Shown here: positions 10,181 through 20,533 of the stretch, one piece after another
How the letters are laid out: every line of letters begins with the position of its first letter
Numbering within the stretch: position 1 is the first letter of the stretch
Origin: a virus
Lineage: Duplodnaviria; Caudoviricetes
Direction: 5' to 3' (one strand)
IMG/VR virus record: IMGVR_UViG_3300008116_000002
DNA: 64,000 bases
Made by a program: the position numbers and the translations under genes
The notes under the pieces: generated by a model
Seen by the model: only the letters and a program-made list of their open reading frames with translations
Databases searched by the model: none
What the model was told of the DNA's origin: nothing

Positions 10181-10381
10181 ATGGACAAAACCGTTAACAT
10201 TCAATTAACCGGCCCACAAATTGATCTACTCAGAGGTGTCTTATACGAATACTACTCTACACATTCTCCGCACGACGAAAACGAAGAATCCATTCGTCTA
10301 CAATTAGAAGATATCTTAGCCGATGCTGAAACTGAGCATTTCAATAAATTTATGAATTTCTTCAAAAACATCGAGGTTTAA
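10181..10381 (+). CDS. early hypothetical protein
   Basis: Promoter and RBS. Confidence 0.75.
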   Translation: MDKTVNIQLTGPQIDLLRGVLYEYYSTHSPHDENEESIRLQLEDILADAETEHFNKFMNFFKNIEV

Positions 10382-10382
10382 T

Positions 10383-10598
10383 ATGTCCTACTCTATGTCC
10401 CGCCGATATACATCTAAGCTATTAGAAATGATGGATCAGGGCTTACTTACACCCGAGCAAGTAGCCAATATGTGTTTAGCATACATGTCCGAAGATGATG
10501 TAAAAGGTATGGTGCGTTACAATGATATTTTACAAGATGTTGAAAAAGAAATATCCGTGGATCTTACTATAGAGCAAATCAATGCTCTTGATTTATAA
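10383..10598 (+). CDS. hypothetical protein
   Basis: GAGG RBS. Confidence 0.7.
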   Translation: MSYSMSRRYTSKLLEMMDQGLLTPEQVANMCLAYMSEDDVKGMVRYNDILQDVEKEISVDLTIEQINALDL

Positions 10599-10620
10599 TA
10601 ATTTACATTAAGGAAATACG

Positions 10621-10923
10621 ATGACCAGATCATGTCCTCCATGCGATGGCTTGTGCAATCAGGGTAGAGATTGTCCTGCTACTAAGATAAAGTTTATCTA
10701 TGTCGGAGATTATTGGGTACCCTTTCCTTCTTCCGAATACGGTGGTATGTGGGCTGTTATCGCTGCTGACGATCAGGAGTGTGCTGAGATTTTAGAAAGA
10801 AACTCTACCTCTCTGTTTAATAAAGAATACGTCCATGAGATTCTCGATGCCGTGTCGAAGGCTCGGAGATTTGAATTGGCTGGGAGTGTAGAGTCGGAGC
10901 TTGTGAATAGCTTTTTTACTTGA
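10621..10923 (+). CDS. hypothetical protein with N-terminal Cys-rich motif
   Basis: CPPCDGLCNQGRDCP; AAGGA RBS. Confidence 0.7.
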   Translation: MTRSCPPCDGLCNQGRDCPATKIKFIYVGDYWVPFPSSEYGGMWAVIAADDQECAEILERNSTSLFNKEYVHEILDAVSKARRFELAGSVESELVNSFFT

Positions 10924-11246
10924 GGAAACTGGCCGTGAACGTAGAACTGGGAAAAGCTTTTGATCTAATTGAAACCTTGAATGGTATTGCACACGACAGA
11001 GCGTGGGATACTTGGACAGCAGCAGATGAGATTTCTGATTCGGCGGAAGATGATGAGGACTGGTCTAGGGCCGAAGATATGCGGGAGGAAGCGTCTGAGG
11101 AACAAGCATCGTATTTTAGAGAAGAGTTTAGTTATCTAAGTTCTGAAGAACAAGAGCTGATTGTAAAGTGTTTGTCTTTGTCCGAGGACTTTAAAGATCA
11201 GTTTAAAACATACTATGGCGAGTCTGAGTTTGACGATGAATTCTGA
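10920..11246 (+). CDS. acidic hypothetical protein
   Basis: TTG start overlapping the previous stop; very D/E-rich. Confidence 0.6.
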   Translation: MRKLAVNVELGKAFDLIETLNGIAHDRAWDTWTAADEISDSAEDDEDWSRAEDMREEASEEQASYFREEFSYLSSEEQELIVKCLSLSEDFKDQFKTYYGESEFDDEF

Positions 11247-11424
11247 TCTGATTAAACGAATGTCCGATACTGCGAAAAGCAGAGTACCCGAAGGTCTGTC
11301 GGTTGATGCTTGGATTGATAGATATAATAAGGCCCTTGTAGAACTGGTCATTCAAGAATGCATCGATATTGTTCCTTGGGAGTATGAGGCGGAGATTAAA
11401 CAACACTTTGGGGTTGAAGAATGA
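11236..11424 (+). CDS. paralog family member
   Basis: ALVELVIQEC...IKQHFGVEE. Confidence 0.7.
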   Translation: MNSDLIKRMSDTAKSRVPEGLSVDAWIDRYNKALVELVIQECIDIVPWEYEAEIKQHFGVEE

Positions 11425-11518
11425 CTATATTAGTTTGGACTACTTTCTTTTTTGGTGTGGCAGTAGGAGTTCTTATATCTATGGGCATAGTTGCTTACGC
11501 TCGCTGGTCGGTGTTATC

Positions 11519-11743
11519 ATGAACGAACGAATTCGAGAACTTGCTCGCGAGGCAGGATTACCAACTTATAATCCAGATGGTATTCCAACTAAACTTGAAA
11601 AGTTCGCCGAACTAATTATCCAAGAATGTTGTGATCTTATTATGAAAAATCAATATAGCATGGTACCCGGATTTATGGAAAGACTGTCCGCATATTCCGA
11701 GGTATGTATGCTGAAAGAACACTTTGGAGTTGAAAATGACTGA
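11519..11743 (+). CDS. paralog family member
   Basis: MNERIRELA...KFAELIIQEC...EHFGVE. Confidence 0.75.
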   Translation: MNERIRELAREAGLPTYNPDGIPTKLEKFAELIIQECCDLIMKNQYSMVPGFMERLSAYSEVCMLKEHFGVEND

Positions 11744-11845
11744 ACGTGAAATGCAGGCTATGTGGGCGGGTATCTTTGAAATAGGTAAGGGTATTACCTA
11801 TATTCTTGCCATGATGTGCATGATTAAATATTTGTTCTTTTAATT

Positions 11846-12091
11846 ATGAATAATTCATTTGACGATTTGATGTATGAGGCTGGTCTTACAGTACAGGGGT
11901 GCTGGGATCAGATGGATGAATATGATCGTAAAGCTATAATTAAATTCGCCGAGCTAATTGTGCAAAAATGCGTCTCCGAAGCTGCTTTACTTGGTATGTC
12001 CAATTATGAGAATGATGATATTACCTGGGCAGCACTTACCATAGTTAAAAATATCAAATCTCGTTTCGGAGTGGATGATGAAAATAAGTAA
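11846..12091 (+). CDS. paralog family member
   Basis: KFAELIVQKC...SRFGVD. Confidence 0.75.
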   Translation: MNNSFDDLMYEAGLTVQGCWDQMDEYDRKAIIKFAELIVQKCVSEAALLGMSNYENDDITWAALTIVKNIKSRFGVDDENK

Positions 12092-12317
12092 ACCTGCAAA
12101 AGGAATCAAGGGTTTTATTATCAGAACATTCGATGATCCTAAGGACTGGTTCTTTCGTGTATATAATGAAGATCATTCATTTACCGATTACCGAATAGAG
12201 CACTGTGATCTGGAGGTCACTATTGAATCCGAAGATGCAAATTTTTATGAACTACCAAACCAAGAAAATATTCTCGATTATTCAGAACAGGTGCTAAATG
12301 GAAGATCCCTTTATTGA
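12075..12317 (+). CDS. hypothetical protein
   Basis: Overlapping operon ORF. Confidence 0.65.
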   Translation: MMKISKPAKGIKGFIIRTFDDPKDWFFRVYNEDHSFTDYRIEHCDLEVTIESEDANFYELPNQENILDYSEQVLNGRSLY

Positions 12318-12489
12318 CATTGCTAAAGAAGCACATTATAATATTTACGAAAGTCCGTTGTGGAAAAATACTGGTCGAAGATTTGCCGAATCTATAGTTA
12401 AACAATGTCTTGACATTATAGATAGCAGTGAAGGTGATATAGACTTTGCAGTTTTTCAAATAAAAAAGAGATTTTTCAATGAAAATTAA
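12298..12489 (+). CDS. paralog family member
   Basis: RFAESIVKQC...IKKRF. Confidence 0.65.
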   Translation: MEDPFIDIAKEAHYNIYESPLWKNTGRRFAESIVKQCLDIIDSSEGDIDFAVFQIKKRFFNEN

Positions 12490-12970
12490 TAAAGAAGACT
12501 TAGCAGAACTACTTCGTAATGCTACGTTAGACAAAACTAACGTACAAAAGGTATTTGATGCTGTACGAAGCGGAGAAATGGACTTCGATGACTTTTACTA
12601 CGGTTGGTTAGACAATTTTCGTAATGAGGAATGGGAAAAGGCCTCATCCTTTAACGAATGGAAGGATGCTGTCATTGAACAAACGATGACAACGCACATT
12701 TATACCGAAGAACACGAGTATGATCCTCGTAAAGCATTGAATGATGTCATCACTTGGCATTGCAAAGTTGCTTTAGATCCAAAAGTTAGTAGCGATGCCG
12801 CTGCTATAGTTGAGGAATGTGCAAAAATTTGTATGAGTCAAGCAGATCGTAAAAATATTAGAAAACGTTTCGGTCTTCCTGTCGAAACTAACATTCAATA
12901 TCCTGGACCAGACCCCCATGGATCAATAACTAGTCAATACACCAGACAATATAATCTTCCGAAGGATTAA
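12479..12970 (+). CDS. hypothetical protein with C-terminal paralog-family module
   Basis: IVEECAKIC...IRKRFG near the C-terminus. Confidence 0.7.
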   Translation: MKINKEDLAELLRNATLDKTNVQKVFDAVRSGEMDFDDFYYGWLDNFRNEEWEKASSFNEWKDAVIEQTMTTHIYTEEHEYDPRKALNDVITWHCKVALDPKVSSDAAAIVEECAKICMSQADRKNIRKRFGLPVETNIQYPGPDPHGSITSQYTRQYNLPKD

Positions 12971-12971
12971 A

Positions 12972-13229
12972 ATGCACGAGAAAATTAAAGAACTAGCTAA
13001 TAAAGCAGGTTTTGTGATGTGGGAAGAGGATGAGAAGCCATGGAACGATGATGTCATTGATTGGTCTTCAACTTATGACAAAGAACTTCAAGAATATACT
13101 AAATTAGTTGTGTTGGAGTGTGCAAAAGTTGCCAGACAAGACATTTTATCTCGAAGCGGTATGAATCAGCAGTATGACGGTAGAGTAATTACCGAGGACG
13201 CAATTAAAAAACATTTTGGTATAGAATAA
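12972..13229 (+). CDS. paralog family member
   Basis: MHEKIKELA...LVVLECAK...IKKHFGIE. Confidence 0.75.
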   Translation: MHEKIKELANKAGFVMWEEDEKPWNDDVIDWSSTYDKELQEYTKLVVLECAKVARQDILSRSGMNQQYDGRVITEDAIKKHFGIE

Positions 13230-13230
13230 T

Positions 13231-13599
13231 ATGAGCTACTGTAGATTTTCTTCAGATAATTTTAGAAGTGACGTGTATGTTTACTATGGTGATCTTGGAT
13301 ATACTTGCCATGTTGCATCTAGAAAAATTTCTAATATAGATGAATGTCCCGAGATTAGTATTTCTCTTAGTTTAGAGGACAATCAAAAGTTTATAGAAAG
13401 ATATAGACAACGGCAGGATTGGATGGAGAATTATGCTAGTCGTATTCCCATTGAACATGAACTTGCCGGCACAACCTTTACAACAGATACCCCGGATGAG
13501 ATGGTAGAAGAACTAATTTATTTGCGTGAGCAAGGATTTCATGTGCCACAGAATGCAATAGATATGTTAACGTTACTTGAGGAAAAAAATAATGTCTGA
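13231..13599 (+). CDS. hypothetical protein (MSYCRFS family)
   Basis: Operon ORF. Confidence 0.7.
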   Translation: MSYCRFSSDNFRSDVYVYYGDLGYTCHVASRKISNIDECPEISISLSLEDNQKFIERYRQRQDWMENYASRIPIEHELAGTTFTTDTPDEMVEELIYLREQGFHVPQNAIDMLTLLEEKNNV

Positions 13600-13788
13600 T
13601 ATAAAATATGCATTTCTTATGATATATAATGCAGTCGTTGTTGTTGCCTCGGCGATGTCTGTTTACTATATTTCAGGTTGGATGATCTTTTTAATCCTTG
13701 CAGTTATGCGAGCGGAAATAATGCCTAATGATAGCGTAACGATGAAAACGATTTTGCCAACCACAAAAACTAAAACTGAGGAATCAAA

Positions 13789-14274
13789 TTGAGTTTCATA
13801 CCTACCGAAGAATATAGACAAATTTTACATCATTCTATAAATCTTTGTGTAGATGTTTTATTGAGGTATGATTATAGGTATCTTCTTATAAAAAGAACAG
13901 AAGAACCGTGTAAAGGTGTATATTGGCCTATAGGTGGTCGAGTACATAAACTTGAAACTTCTTTAGATGCAGCCAAACGAAAAATTAAAGAAGAGATAGG
14001 TATAGACTTTACTGCAGAATTAGCTCCAATTGGATTCTATGAGGATGTCTACGAAAAGAATAGTTTCGGTGATGGTCCTTATCATACTCTATCAACAGTT
14101 TGGTTAGGACATCTGTCCAAAAAAGAATTTAAAAATATAAAATTGGATTCAACCGCTTCCGAATATAAATTGGACAAGCACATGCCGGAAAGATTCAAAG
14201 TACAGACGTTTGCAGACTATGGCAGGCCTTATTGGTATTTGGATTCCATAGGTAAATCTGAAAACAAGGCATAA
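13789..14274 (+). CDS. Nudix hydrolase, GDP-mannose mannosyl hydrolase-like
   Basis: Nudix box variant GGRVHKLETSLDAAKRKIKEEIG with upstream EPCKGVYW. Confidence 0.75.
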   Translation: MSFIPTEEYRQILHHSINLCVDVLLRYDYRYLLIKRTEEPCKGVYWPIGGRVHKLETSLDAAKRKIKEEIGIDFTAELAPIGFYEDVYEKNSFGDGPYHTLSTVWLGHLSKKEFKNIKLDSTASEYKLDKHMPERFKVQTFADYGRPYWYLDSIGKSENKA

Positions 14275-14277
14275 ATA
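14270..14277 (+). promoter_or_regulatory. T4-like late promoter variant
   Basis: CATAAATA upstream of the 14325 ORF. Confidence 0.5.
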
Positions 14278-14324
14278 CTATGTCGGCGCTTGCCGTGGAC
14301 ATTTATTTTTAATCTGGAGAAATT

Positions 14325-14654
14325 ATGGAAATTATTTTAATCGCTGTTATCTTGGCCCTAGGCGGAGTTTTTTGGTATGCAATATCCAAAGAAGATAAAG
14401 AACGCCGTCATCCACTAGACTCAGTAAAAAACATTTCTGAACTTAAACCGATGCCGATTTTAACTGAAGAAATCAAACCAGAAGCTGCTCCTGTAGAGCC
14501 TCCTCCACCGAGCCCAGTACATGAGCCCGTGGCCGAAGTTATCGCAGAAGAGCCACCCGCAAAACCAAAGAAGGAGAAGAAAATGGCAGCTAAGAAACCT
14601 GAGCCAGCTAAGAAACCTGCACCAGCGAAGGCACCGAAAAAGCCTAAAAAATAA
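14325..14654 (+). CDS. membrane-anchored Pro/Lys/Ala-rich protein
   Basis: N-terminal TM helix, PEPAKK-like repeats, GGAG RBS. Confidence 0.75.
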   Translation: MEIILIAVILALGGVFWYAISKEDKERRHPLDSVKNISELKPMPILTEEIKPEAAPVEPPPPSPVHEPVAEVIAEEPPAKPKKEKKMAAKKPEPAKKPAPAKAPKKPKK

Positions 14655-14666
14655 TTTAGGTATTAT

Positions 14667-15383
14667 ATGTATTTTATATTTGACGTGGATGGCACTCTGA
14701 CACCAAGCAGAGGAAAAATAGATTCTGACTTCGAGAAATACTTCAAAAAATTTATATCAAAACACCCGGTGGCGCTTGTCACCGGGTCTGATCTAGGAAA
14801 AACAGTCGAACAGCTTGGTCAAGACATTTTAAAGGCTGTTGATTATTCTTTTAATTGTTCCGGTAATGCAATTTACCAAGGAACTACTCTAATAAAAAAT
14901 TCTGTTTGGACTGCTCCTGAGGATCTTCGAGGATATCTTTTCGAAGTTTTATCAAATTCAAAATATAGATTTAGATATGGCAATCATCTCGAACAACGTA
15001 TAGGGATGTTAAATTTTTCCGTGGTTGGCAGAGATGCTGTTGGTGTTCAAAGAAAACATTATTATGAATGGGATCTAAAAACAAAAGAACGACAAAAATT
15101 ATGTGAATACATAAACAATTATTGGAAAGATATTCATGCTGTTGTCGGAGGTGAGACAGGTATAGATATTTTCGAAAGAGGTAGGGATAAATCTCAAATC
15201 CTAGAGTTTATTCATACGCAAGAAGTGCATTTCTTCGGTGATAGGATGGATCCAGTTGGCAATGATTGGCCTTTGGGTAAAAGAATACTTGACGAAAAAC
15301 GAGGAAAAATATATCATGTTAAAGATTGGAAAGATACCTGGTCTCGATTAAAGTTTTTTGAGGAGATGGGTTATATTAATTAA
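14667..15383 (+). CDS. HAD-family phosphomannomutase (eukaryotic PMM-like)
   Basis: FDVDGTLT, RIGMLNFSVVGR, GGETGIDIF, FFGDRMDPVGND. Confidence 0.8.
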   Translation: MYFIFDVDGTLTPSRGKIDSDFEKYFKKFISKHPVALVTGSDLGKTVEQLGQDILKAVDYSFNCSGNAIYQGTTLIKNSVWTAPEDLRGYLFEVLSNSKYRFRYGNHLEQRIGMLNFSVVGRDAVGVQRKHYYEWDLKTKERQKLCEYINNYWKDIHAVVGGETGIDIFERGRDKSQILEFIHTQEVHFFGDRMDPVGNDWPLGKRILDEKRGKIYHVKDWKDTWSRLKFFEEMGYIN

Positions 15384-15564
15384 AGGGAGATATTATGTCT
15401 ACAAAGAAAAGTTCTACACGTGATCCAAATAAAACTAAAACTGGTAAACCTAAGTTGCAATCCTTGTCAGTAAACAATCTACAACAGATGTTACAAACTG
15501 CAAGACCTAAAAATGTCAACACCATTAACAAAGCCATTCTTAAAAAATCCGGAAGAGGTCGTTA

Positions 15565-16662
15565 ATGCCAATCGTTTATAATATGCCCCCTCCTAGTGAA
15601 CCTACTTTCATAGATTTAATTAATAGAGCAAGTGGTTCTGCAAATCAAATTGCTCAAAGTATAGCAGCAACTAGCGGAATATCTCAAAATGAACATCTGT
15701 ATAATTTAGTTTTACAAAAGAATAAAAAAAATCGGCATCTAAAAGATTCTTTAAAACAAAACTATTCAGGCAAGATTTACTTAACTGATCATATTTTTCA
15801 TGCAGTAAGGCACAAGCCTAAAAATTCTGAAATAGAGTTTTTTAATATGCAAACTGCGCCACAGGCATTTGAGAACTCTGTAGTTATTGTGAGTAACAAT
15901 AATGTTATGGTTGACAATAATTTAGATAAATTTATTAACTTATATCTAAATTCGCCTACAAGTGTTTTTGTAGTTTGGGACTTTGACAACCATCATTGGT
16001 TCGCTCTCTCAGGTATGCTCGCCTCAATAGCTGATCTTTATGTACCTACACATTCAGATAATTTAGAACCATTGTCCAGATATAATAATATCATGGCAGG
16101 ACCTGTTTCTTCAGGTGTTATTCAATGGCCAAAAGAATTTTTAGAAGAAAACAAGGATGTCATTACAAAAACAGAAAGAAGTAATGATCCTTTGGGTACT
16201 CATATTGAATATCCTCAATTTCTATTACGCATGAAGAATCTAAAAATTTTACACAGGACATTGCCAAGTGTTAAATTAGTAGATGGCTCTTATCATGGTA
16301 GAGAAATGCTAGATAGATTTACAGAATGGTGTTCTCATAAGTCTCATTGGATCGTACCTGTTTTGAATGATGCCCCAATTCGAATATATGACGCATTAAT
16401 TACCGGCGGCATACCTATTGTTCCAAGATCACTCAAATATCATAAAGACGTTGTTGATCTTTGGGATCATATAGTATTTTATGACTACGAGGATATTCAA
16501 TCTCCCTGGGAAATTACAAATAAAGCCAATAAGTTGTTTGATTCCCGTGGCGAACAAGGAGTGCTTGACAGACATCGCCTAATCTGTTATAATCATCATG
16601 TAGATAACAGAGTAGAAACCATTCTAAAGGCGATTGATGATGAATACGGAATTTCAACATAG
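15565..16662 (+). CDS. putative glycosyltransferase-like protein
   Basis: VVWDFDNHH; C-terminal PIRIYDALITGGIPIV resembling GT-B/exostosin-type motif. Confidence 0.5.
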   Translation: MPIVYNMPPPSEPTFIDLINRASGSANQIAQSIAATSGISQNEHLYNLVLQKNKKNRHLKDSLKQNYSGKIYLTDHIFHAVRHKPKNSEIEFFNMQTAPQAFENSVVIVSNNNVMVDNNLDKFINLYLNSPTSVFVVWDFDNHHWFALSGMLASIADLYVPTHSDNLEPLSRYNNIMAGPVSSGVIQWPKEFLEENKDVITKTERSNDPLGTHIEYPQFLLRMKNLKILHRTLPSVKLVDGSYHGREMLDRFTEWCSHKSHWIVPVLNDAPIRIYDALITGGIPIVPRSLKYHKDVVDLWDHIVFYDYEDIQSPWEITNKANKLFDSRGEQGVLDRHRLICYNHHVDNRVETILKAIDDEYGIST

Positions 16663-16957
16663 TCAGTACAATAACTTTTCCGAATCCGAAAAAGAAACAT
16701 TCAAAAAATGGTTACAGGGCTTGCTTGAAACAAGCCTTGTCCATTTGACTTTTACCAAAAAAGATGGTACTATAAGAGAAATGAAGTGTACTCTTATGGA
16801 TAACTATATTCCAAACGTACAAAAAGATTTTGGGGAAGATGCCCCTGTCAAATCCAGATCCAAAGATACAGTTTCTTTTTGGGATATTGAATCTGAGGGC
16901 TGGCGTTCTTGTCGTTACGATTCTATTACACAAATTAAATTTACTCTAGGAGAGTAA
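16634..16957 (+). CDS. SH3/Sm-like beta-barrel protein (DUF2693-like, T4 61.1-like)
   Basis: LTFTKKDGTIREMKCTL...WDIESEGWRS. Confidence 0.75.
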   Translation: MMMNTEFQHSQYNNFSESEKETFKKWLQGLLETSLVHLTFTKKDGTIREMKCTLMDNYIPNVQKDFGEDAPVKSRSKDTVSFWDIESEGWRSCRYDSITQIKFTLGE

Positions 16958-16958
16958 G

Positions 16959-18080
16959 ATGGCAAAACAAAATGCAATTGCTGCAAAAGCTGCGGCATCC
17001 ATGCTAACAGGTATTGAGCCTACAGGTTCAAAACTTGATCCTACGAACGAATCGTATAATGGCCAAATTTTAACAGTCTTCAATTGGTATAGTGCAGAAA
17101 AATCTAGAACTGATGCCTACAAGTACATTCTTGAATATGTAAAAAAGAATCGTAATAAAGATTATAAGACTTTTCAGAAAGTTAACGAAAATAAAATCAT
17201 TACAACTATTGGTTGGCTTGCTCGTCTTTGTACTCGAGGAGCACTGATATCTGAAGAGCATCGTTTACGCTTAGAACAGCATATTGACATTTTAATTAAT
17301 ACATCATTAGTGCAGGATGCGGTAGAAGATGTGGTGGAGAAAGAAAAAAAGGTTATTGTCAATATTCAAGAAGCAATTAAACAGAAAACCAAAGAATACA
17401 TTGGCGAATTAGAAGGTGCCATTGATGACTTTATAAAGTTAGATAAAGAATTTTCACTTTATAACGATTTCAAATCAAGGCAAATCCCCGCACCATATGT
17501 TCAAGACGTAAAAGAATGGGCTGAAAAGAAGTTAGAAGAATATAATGAAGTTATCGAAGGTAACGACTCACAACTTATAGAAGGGTATTCTAATTTTAAT
17601 AAGCGAAAGCTTAAGGCATTAGTTAAACTCTTTGAGCAGTTCATTGAGGACTGCGATTTATATGGTCAGTTTAAAAAGGCTAATCGTAAACCGAGAGCTG
17701 TTCGAGAAAAGCCTGCAGCACAACAAGTTAAAAGTATAAAATACAAAACAAAGGATGAAGAACTCGGGATCGAATCTGAGCGCCCAATTGATGTTGTAGG
17801 GGCACAACAGGTTTGGGTTTTTAATACAAAGACTCGTAAGCTTGCAGTATATACTTCAGAATCCACAAAAGGTATGACTGTTAAAGGAACTACTTTGCAG
17901 AACTGGATGCCCGAGAAATCTAAGCAAAAGACTTTGCGTAAACCCGATGAACAAATTAAGAGTTTGATGTCTTCGGGTAAAGTAAAGTTAAGAACTTTTA
18001 TGGATGATATTAAATCTAAAGAACAAGGTGTTAATGGTAGGATAAATATAGATACCGTAATTTTAAAAATAGTGAGGTAA
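16959..18080 (+). CDS. conserved hypothetical protein of aquatic T4-like phages
   Basis: Long ORF; WVFNTKTRKL...GTTL...KTLRKP, GRIN motif. Confidence 0.7.
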   Translation: MAKQNAIAAKAAASMLTGIEPTGSKLDPTNESYNGQILTVFNWYSAEKSRTDAYKYILEYVKKNRNKDYKTFQKVNENKIITTIGWLARLCTRGALISEEHRLRLEQHIDILINTSLVQDAVEDVVEKEKKVIVNIQEAIKQKTKEYIGELEGAIDDFIKLDKEFSLYNDFKSRQIPAPYVQDVKEWAEKKLEEYNEVIEGNDSQLIEGYSNFNKRKLKALVKLFEQFIEDCDLYGQFKKANRKPRAVREKPAAQQVKSIKYKTKDEELGIESERPIDVVGAQQVWVFNTKTRKLAVYTSESTKGMTVKGTTLQNWMPEKSKQKTLRKPDEQIKSLMSSGKVKLRTFMDDIKSKEQGVNGRINIDTVILKIVR

Positions 18081-18082
18081 CT

Positions 18083-19027
18083 ATGTCCTTTATACGATTA
18101 ACATATTGTCATTTAATTAAAATCATTTTGTCTCAGATTGGTGGCAATCCTTTACAACAAATTTATTCGCAACTAACAAATGGTGTACCAACCGTAGCAC
18201 CGAGAAATGGTTTGATACCTGCAGGATTAACCCAGGTAAAAGAACTAATTGAACAAGTAACAACTGTAATTAATACTGCGCAACAAGCTGCAGGCAACTT
18301 TAATGATACCATTGAAAGAATTGGTACACAATTTTATCAGAATCCAATTGGTACTGTCTTGGATGGTACTAAGAGTACGGCTCAAACAAGATTAGATTAT
18401 GTTAATTCTCAGTTAGCTTTACCCGGTAATTCTGGCAATGCAGATTTGCTCGCAGAAAAATCCGCATTGGAAGCTTTTATTGCATCTTTGACAACTTATA
18501 GAACTAATACAGATAGTCTATCGGGTATTGGTCAATTATCGGGATCTGCGGCAGCAGGAGGATGTTCTTTACAAGATCTATTAGGCAGCGGATGCGTTCC
18601 TAATCGAGATGTGCCAGATGTGGATTTACAAAATTTGATATCATCATTAAAACAGGGTGATGCTATTGCTGCAATTAAGGAAGCTATTAGTAGTGCGACA
18701 GGGTATTCTGATTATCAGCAAGCTTTAGCTACATTTCAAGCTACGGTAAATGGGTTTAACACTAATTTTAATAACTTAATTAATAAGGCTGCAATACGAA
18801 GTGCTGTAACATCTCAAATTACTCAGATTGTTTACAATCTACTTTCTGGCTGCGGAAATCAAGTATTTGATTTGACATTGAAGCCTGATGTGAAAGCTAA
18901 ACTAACTCCATATACTGCTGCACTAAGTGAAAGTGAAGGATATTACGATAGTTTAGGAAATAGGATTACTATTTCCGATGCTAATGTTACCCCATTAGGT
19001 TCTAATGTTAATGTAGTTATTTTATAA
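18083..19027 (+). CDS. hypothetical, possibly virion protein
   Basis: Long A/S/T/G-rich ORF, GAGG RBS. Confidence 0.65.
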   Translation: MSFIRLTYCHLIKIILSQIGGNPLQQIYSQLTNGVPTVAPRNGLIPAGLTQVKELIEQVTTVINTAQQAAGNFNDTIERIGTQFYQNPIGTVLDGTKSTAQTRLDYVNSQLALPGNSGNADLLAEKSALEAFIASLTTYRTNTDSLSGIGQLSGSAAAGGCSLQDLLGSGCVPNRDVPDVDLQNLISSLKQGDAIAAIKEAISSATGYSDYQQALATFQATVNGFNTNFNNLINKAAIRSAVTSQITQIVYNLLSGCGNQVFDLTLKPDVKAKLTPYTAALSESEGYYDSLGNRITISDANVTPLGSNVNVVIL

Positions 19028-19040
19028 GGTATTTTTCATT

Positions 19041-19922
19041 ATGATGATCGTTGATTTTAATCAGACCGCTATTTCTAATCTAATGGCTGAAGTAGGTGGT
19101 CGCAATGATATTGAAATTGAAGTTCCTTTGCTTCGCCATATGATTATTAATTCTATTCGGGGATATAAACAAAAGTTTGGAGAAAAATATGGCGAACTAG
19201 TTATTGCTTGCGACAATTATAACTATTGGCGCAGAGAAGAATTTTCGTATTACAAGGCAGGTAGAAAAAAAGCAAGAGAGGACTCTGGCTTTGATTGGAA
19301 GGTCATTTTCGAAGCTCTTAGTATGATACGAGATGAGATCAATGATTACTTCCCGTATAAAGTTATTAACGTCCACGGTGCCGAGGCAGATGACATTATT
19401 GCAGTATTAGCAGAGTGGTCTCAGACAAATGATTTGACTAGTGGATTATTTGATGAACCAAAACCTTTTCTGGTACTATCCGGGGATCATGATTTTATTC
19501 AGTTGCAAAAATGGAACAACGTGCAACAATATTCACCGATTCAAAAGAAATTTGTGAAGTCCGACGTTAGCCCTGAGAAATATGCATTTGAACATATCAT
19601 TAAAGGCGATAAGGGCGACGGCATTCCGAATGTTCTATCTGCAGATGATAGCATCGTAAATGGTGTGAGGCAAAAACCAATCACTCAAAAGAAGTTAGAT
19701 GAGTGGTTTAAGAATCCTGAACTAATGCCTCAAGATGTAGACTTTAAACAGAATTATCAAAGAAATAAAAAGCTAGTTAATTTTGATAGCATACCGGAAA
19801 AAGTTAAAACCGCTATCATAAATAGTTATGTAGATCAGCCACAAAAAGATAAAAGTAGGCTGCTTAACTTCTTTGTTCAAAATAGAATGAAGAACATGAT
19901 GGAACTTATCGAGGAATTTTAA
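19041..19922 (+). CDS. rnh: RNase H (T4-type 5'-3' exonuclease)
   Basis: IVDFNQ, AEADDIIAVL, SGDHDFIQL, GDKGDGIPN. Confidence 0.92.
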   Translation: MMIVDFNQTAISNLMAEVGGRNDIEIEVPLLRHMIINSIRGYKQKFGEKYGELVIACDNYNYWRREEFSYYKAGRKKAREDSGFDWKVIFEALSMIRDEINDYFPYKVINVHGAEADDIIAVLAEWSQTNDLTSGLFDEPKPFLVLSGDHDFIQLQKWNNVQQYSPIQKKFVKSDVSPEKYAFEHIIKGDKGDGIPNVLSADDSIVNGVRQKPITQKKLDEWFKNPELMPQDVDFKQNYQRNKKLVNFDSIPEKVKTAIINSYVDQPQKDKSRLLNFFVQNRMKNMMELIEEF

Positions 19923-20410
19923 TGAGAACTACTATACCACAAGTATTTGACGAAGTAGAAAAAGCAGCCACTAAAGAATCTAAAATTAAAGTCTTGCGAG
20001 CATATGATCATCCCGTAATTCGAAATATTCTTAGAATGAATTTTGATCCTGCGATAAAAGTTTATTTGCCCGAAGGCGAACCTCCCTTTAAAAAAGATAC
20101 TTCAGTTCCAGCGGGATATTCTGAAACTAATTTATTTGCAGAATTCAGACGCTTCTATATTTGGTTAGATCCAAACATCAATCTAACCAGAGTGAGAAAA
20201 GAGCAGTTATTTGTTCAAATGTTAGAGGGTATTCATTGGACAGAAGCGGAACTTGTTTGCTTAGCTAAAGATAAACAATTGGATACAAAGTATAAGTCTT
20301 TAAAAGATGCTCTAGTTCGAGAAGCCTTTCCGGATCTTTTGCCTGCTGAAGTTAAGGTGCCTGCTAAGATCAAACAACCAAAAAAGAAAGCTTCTTTGGA
20401 CGCATCCTGA
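19922..20410 (+). CDS. conserved hypothetical protein (rnh-adjacent); candidate -1 frameshift extension to 20547
   Basis: LPEGEPPF...QMLEGIH motif; A AAA AAG at 20380-20386. Confidence 0.8.
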   Translation: MRTTIPQVFDEVEKAATKESKIKVLRAYDHPVIRNILRMNFDPAIKVYLPEGEPPFKKDTSVPAGYSETNLFAEFRRFYIWLDPNINLTRVRKEQLFVQMLEGIHWTEAELVCLAKDKQLDTKYKSLKDALVREAFPDLLPAEVKVPAKIKQPKKKASLDAS

Positions 20411-20533
20411 CCTGGTTCAAAGAAGAGAACCAATTAAATTCCGAACCAAGGGAAACATGGTCAGATATGGGGTCTTTTCCAATAGATCCAAAGATGGATC
20501 CACGAGTTTTTAATCATGGAAAATACAAAGCAT

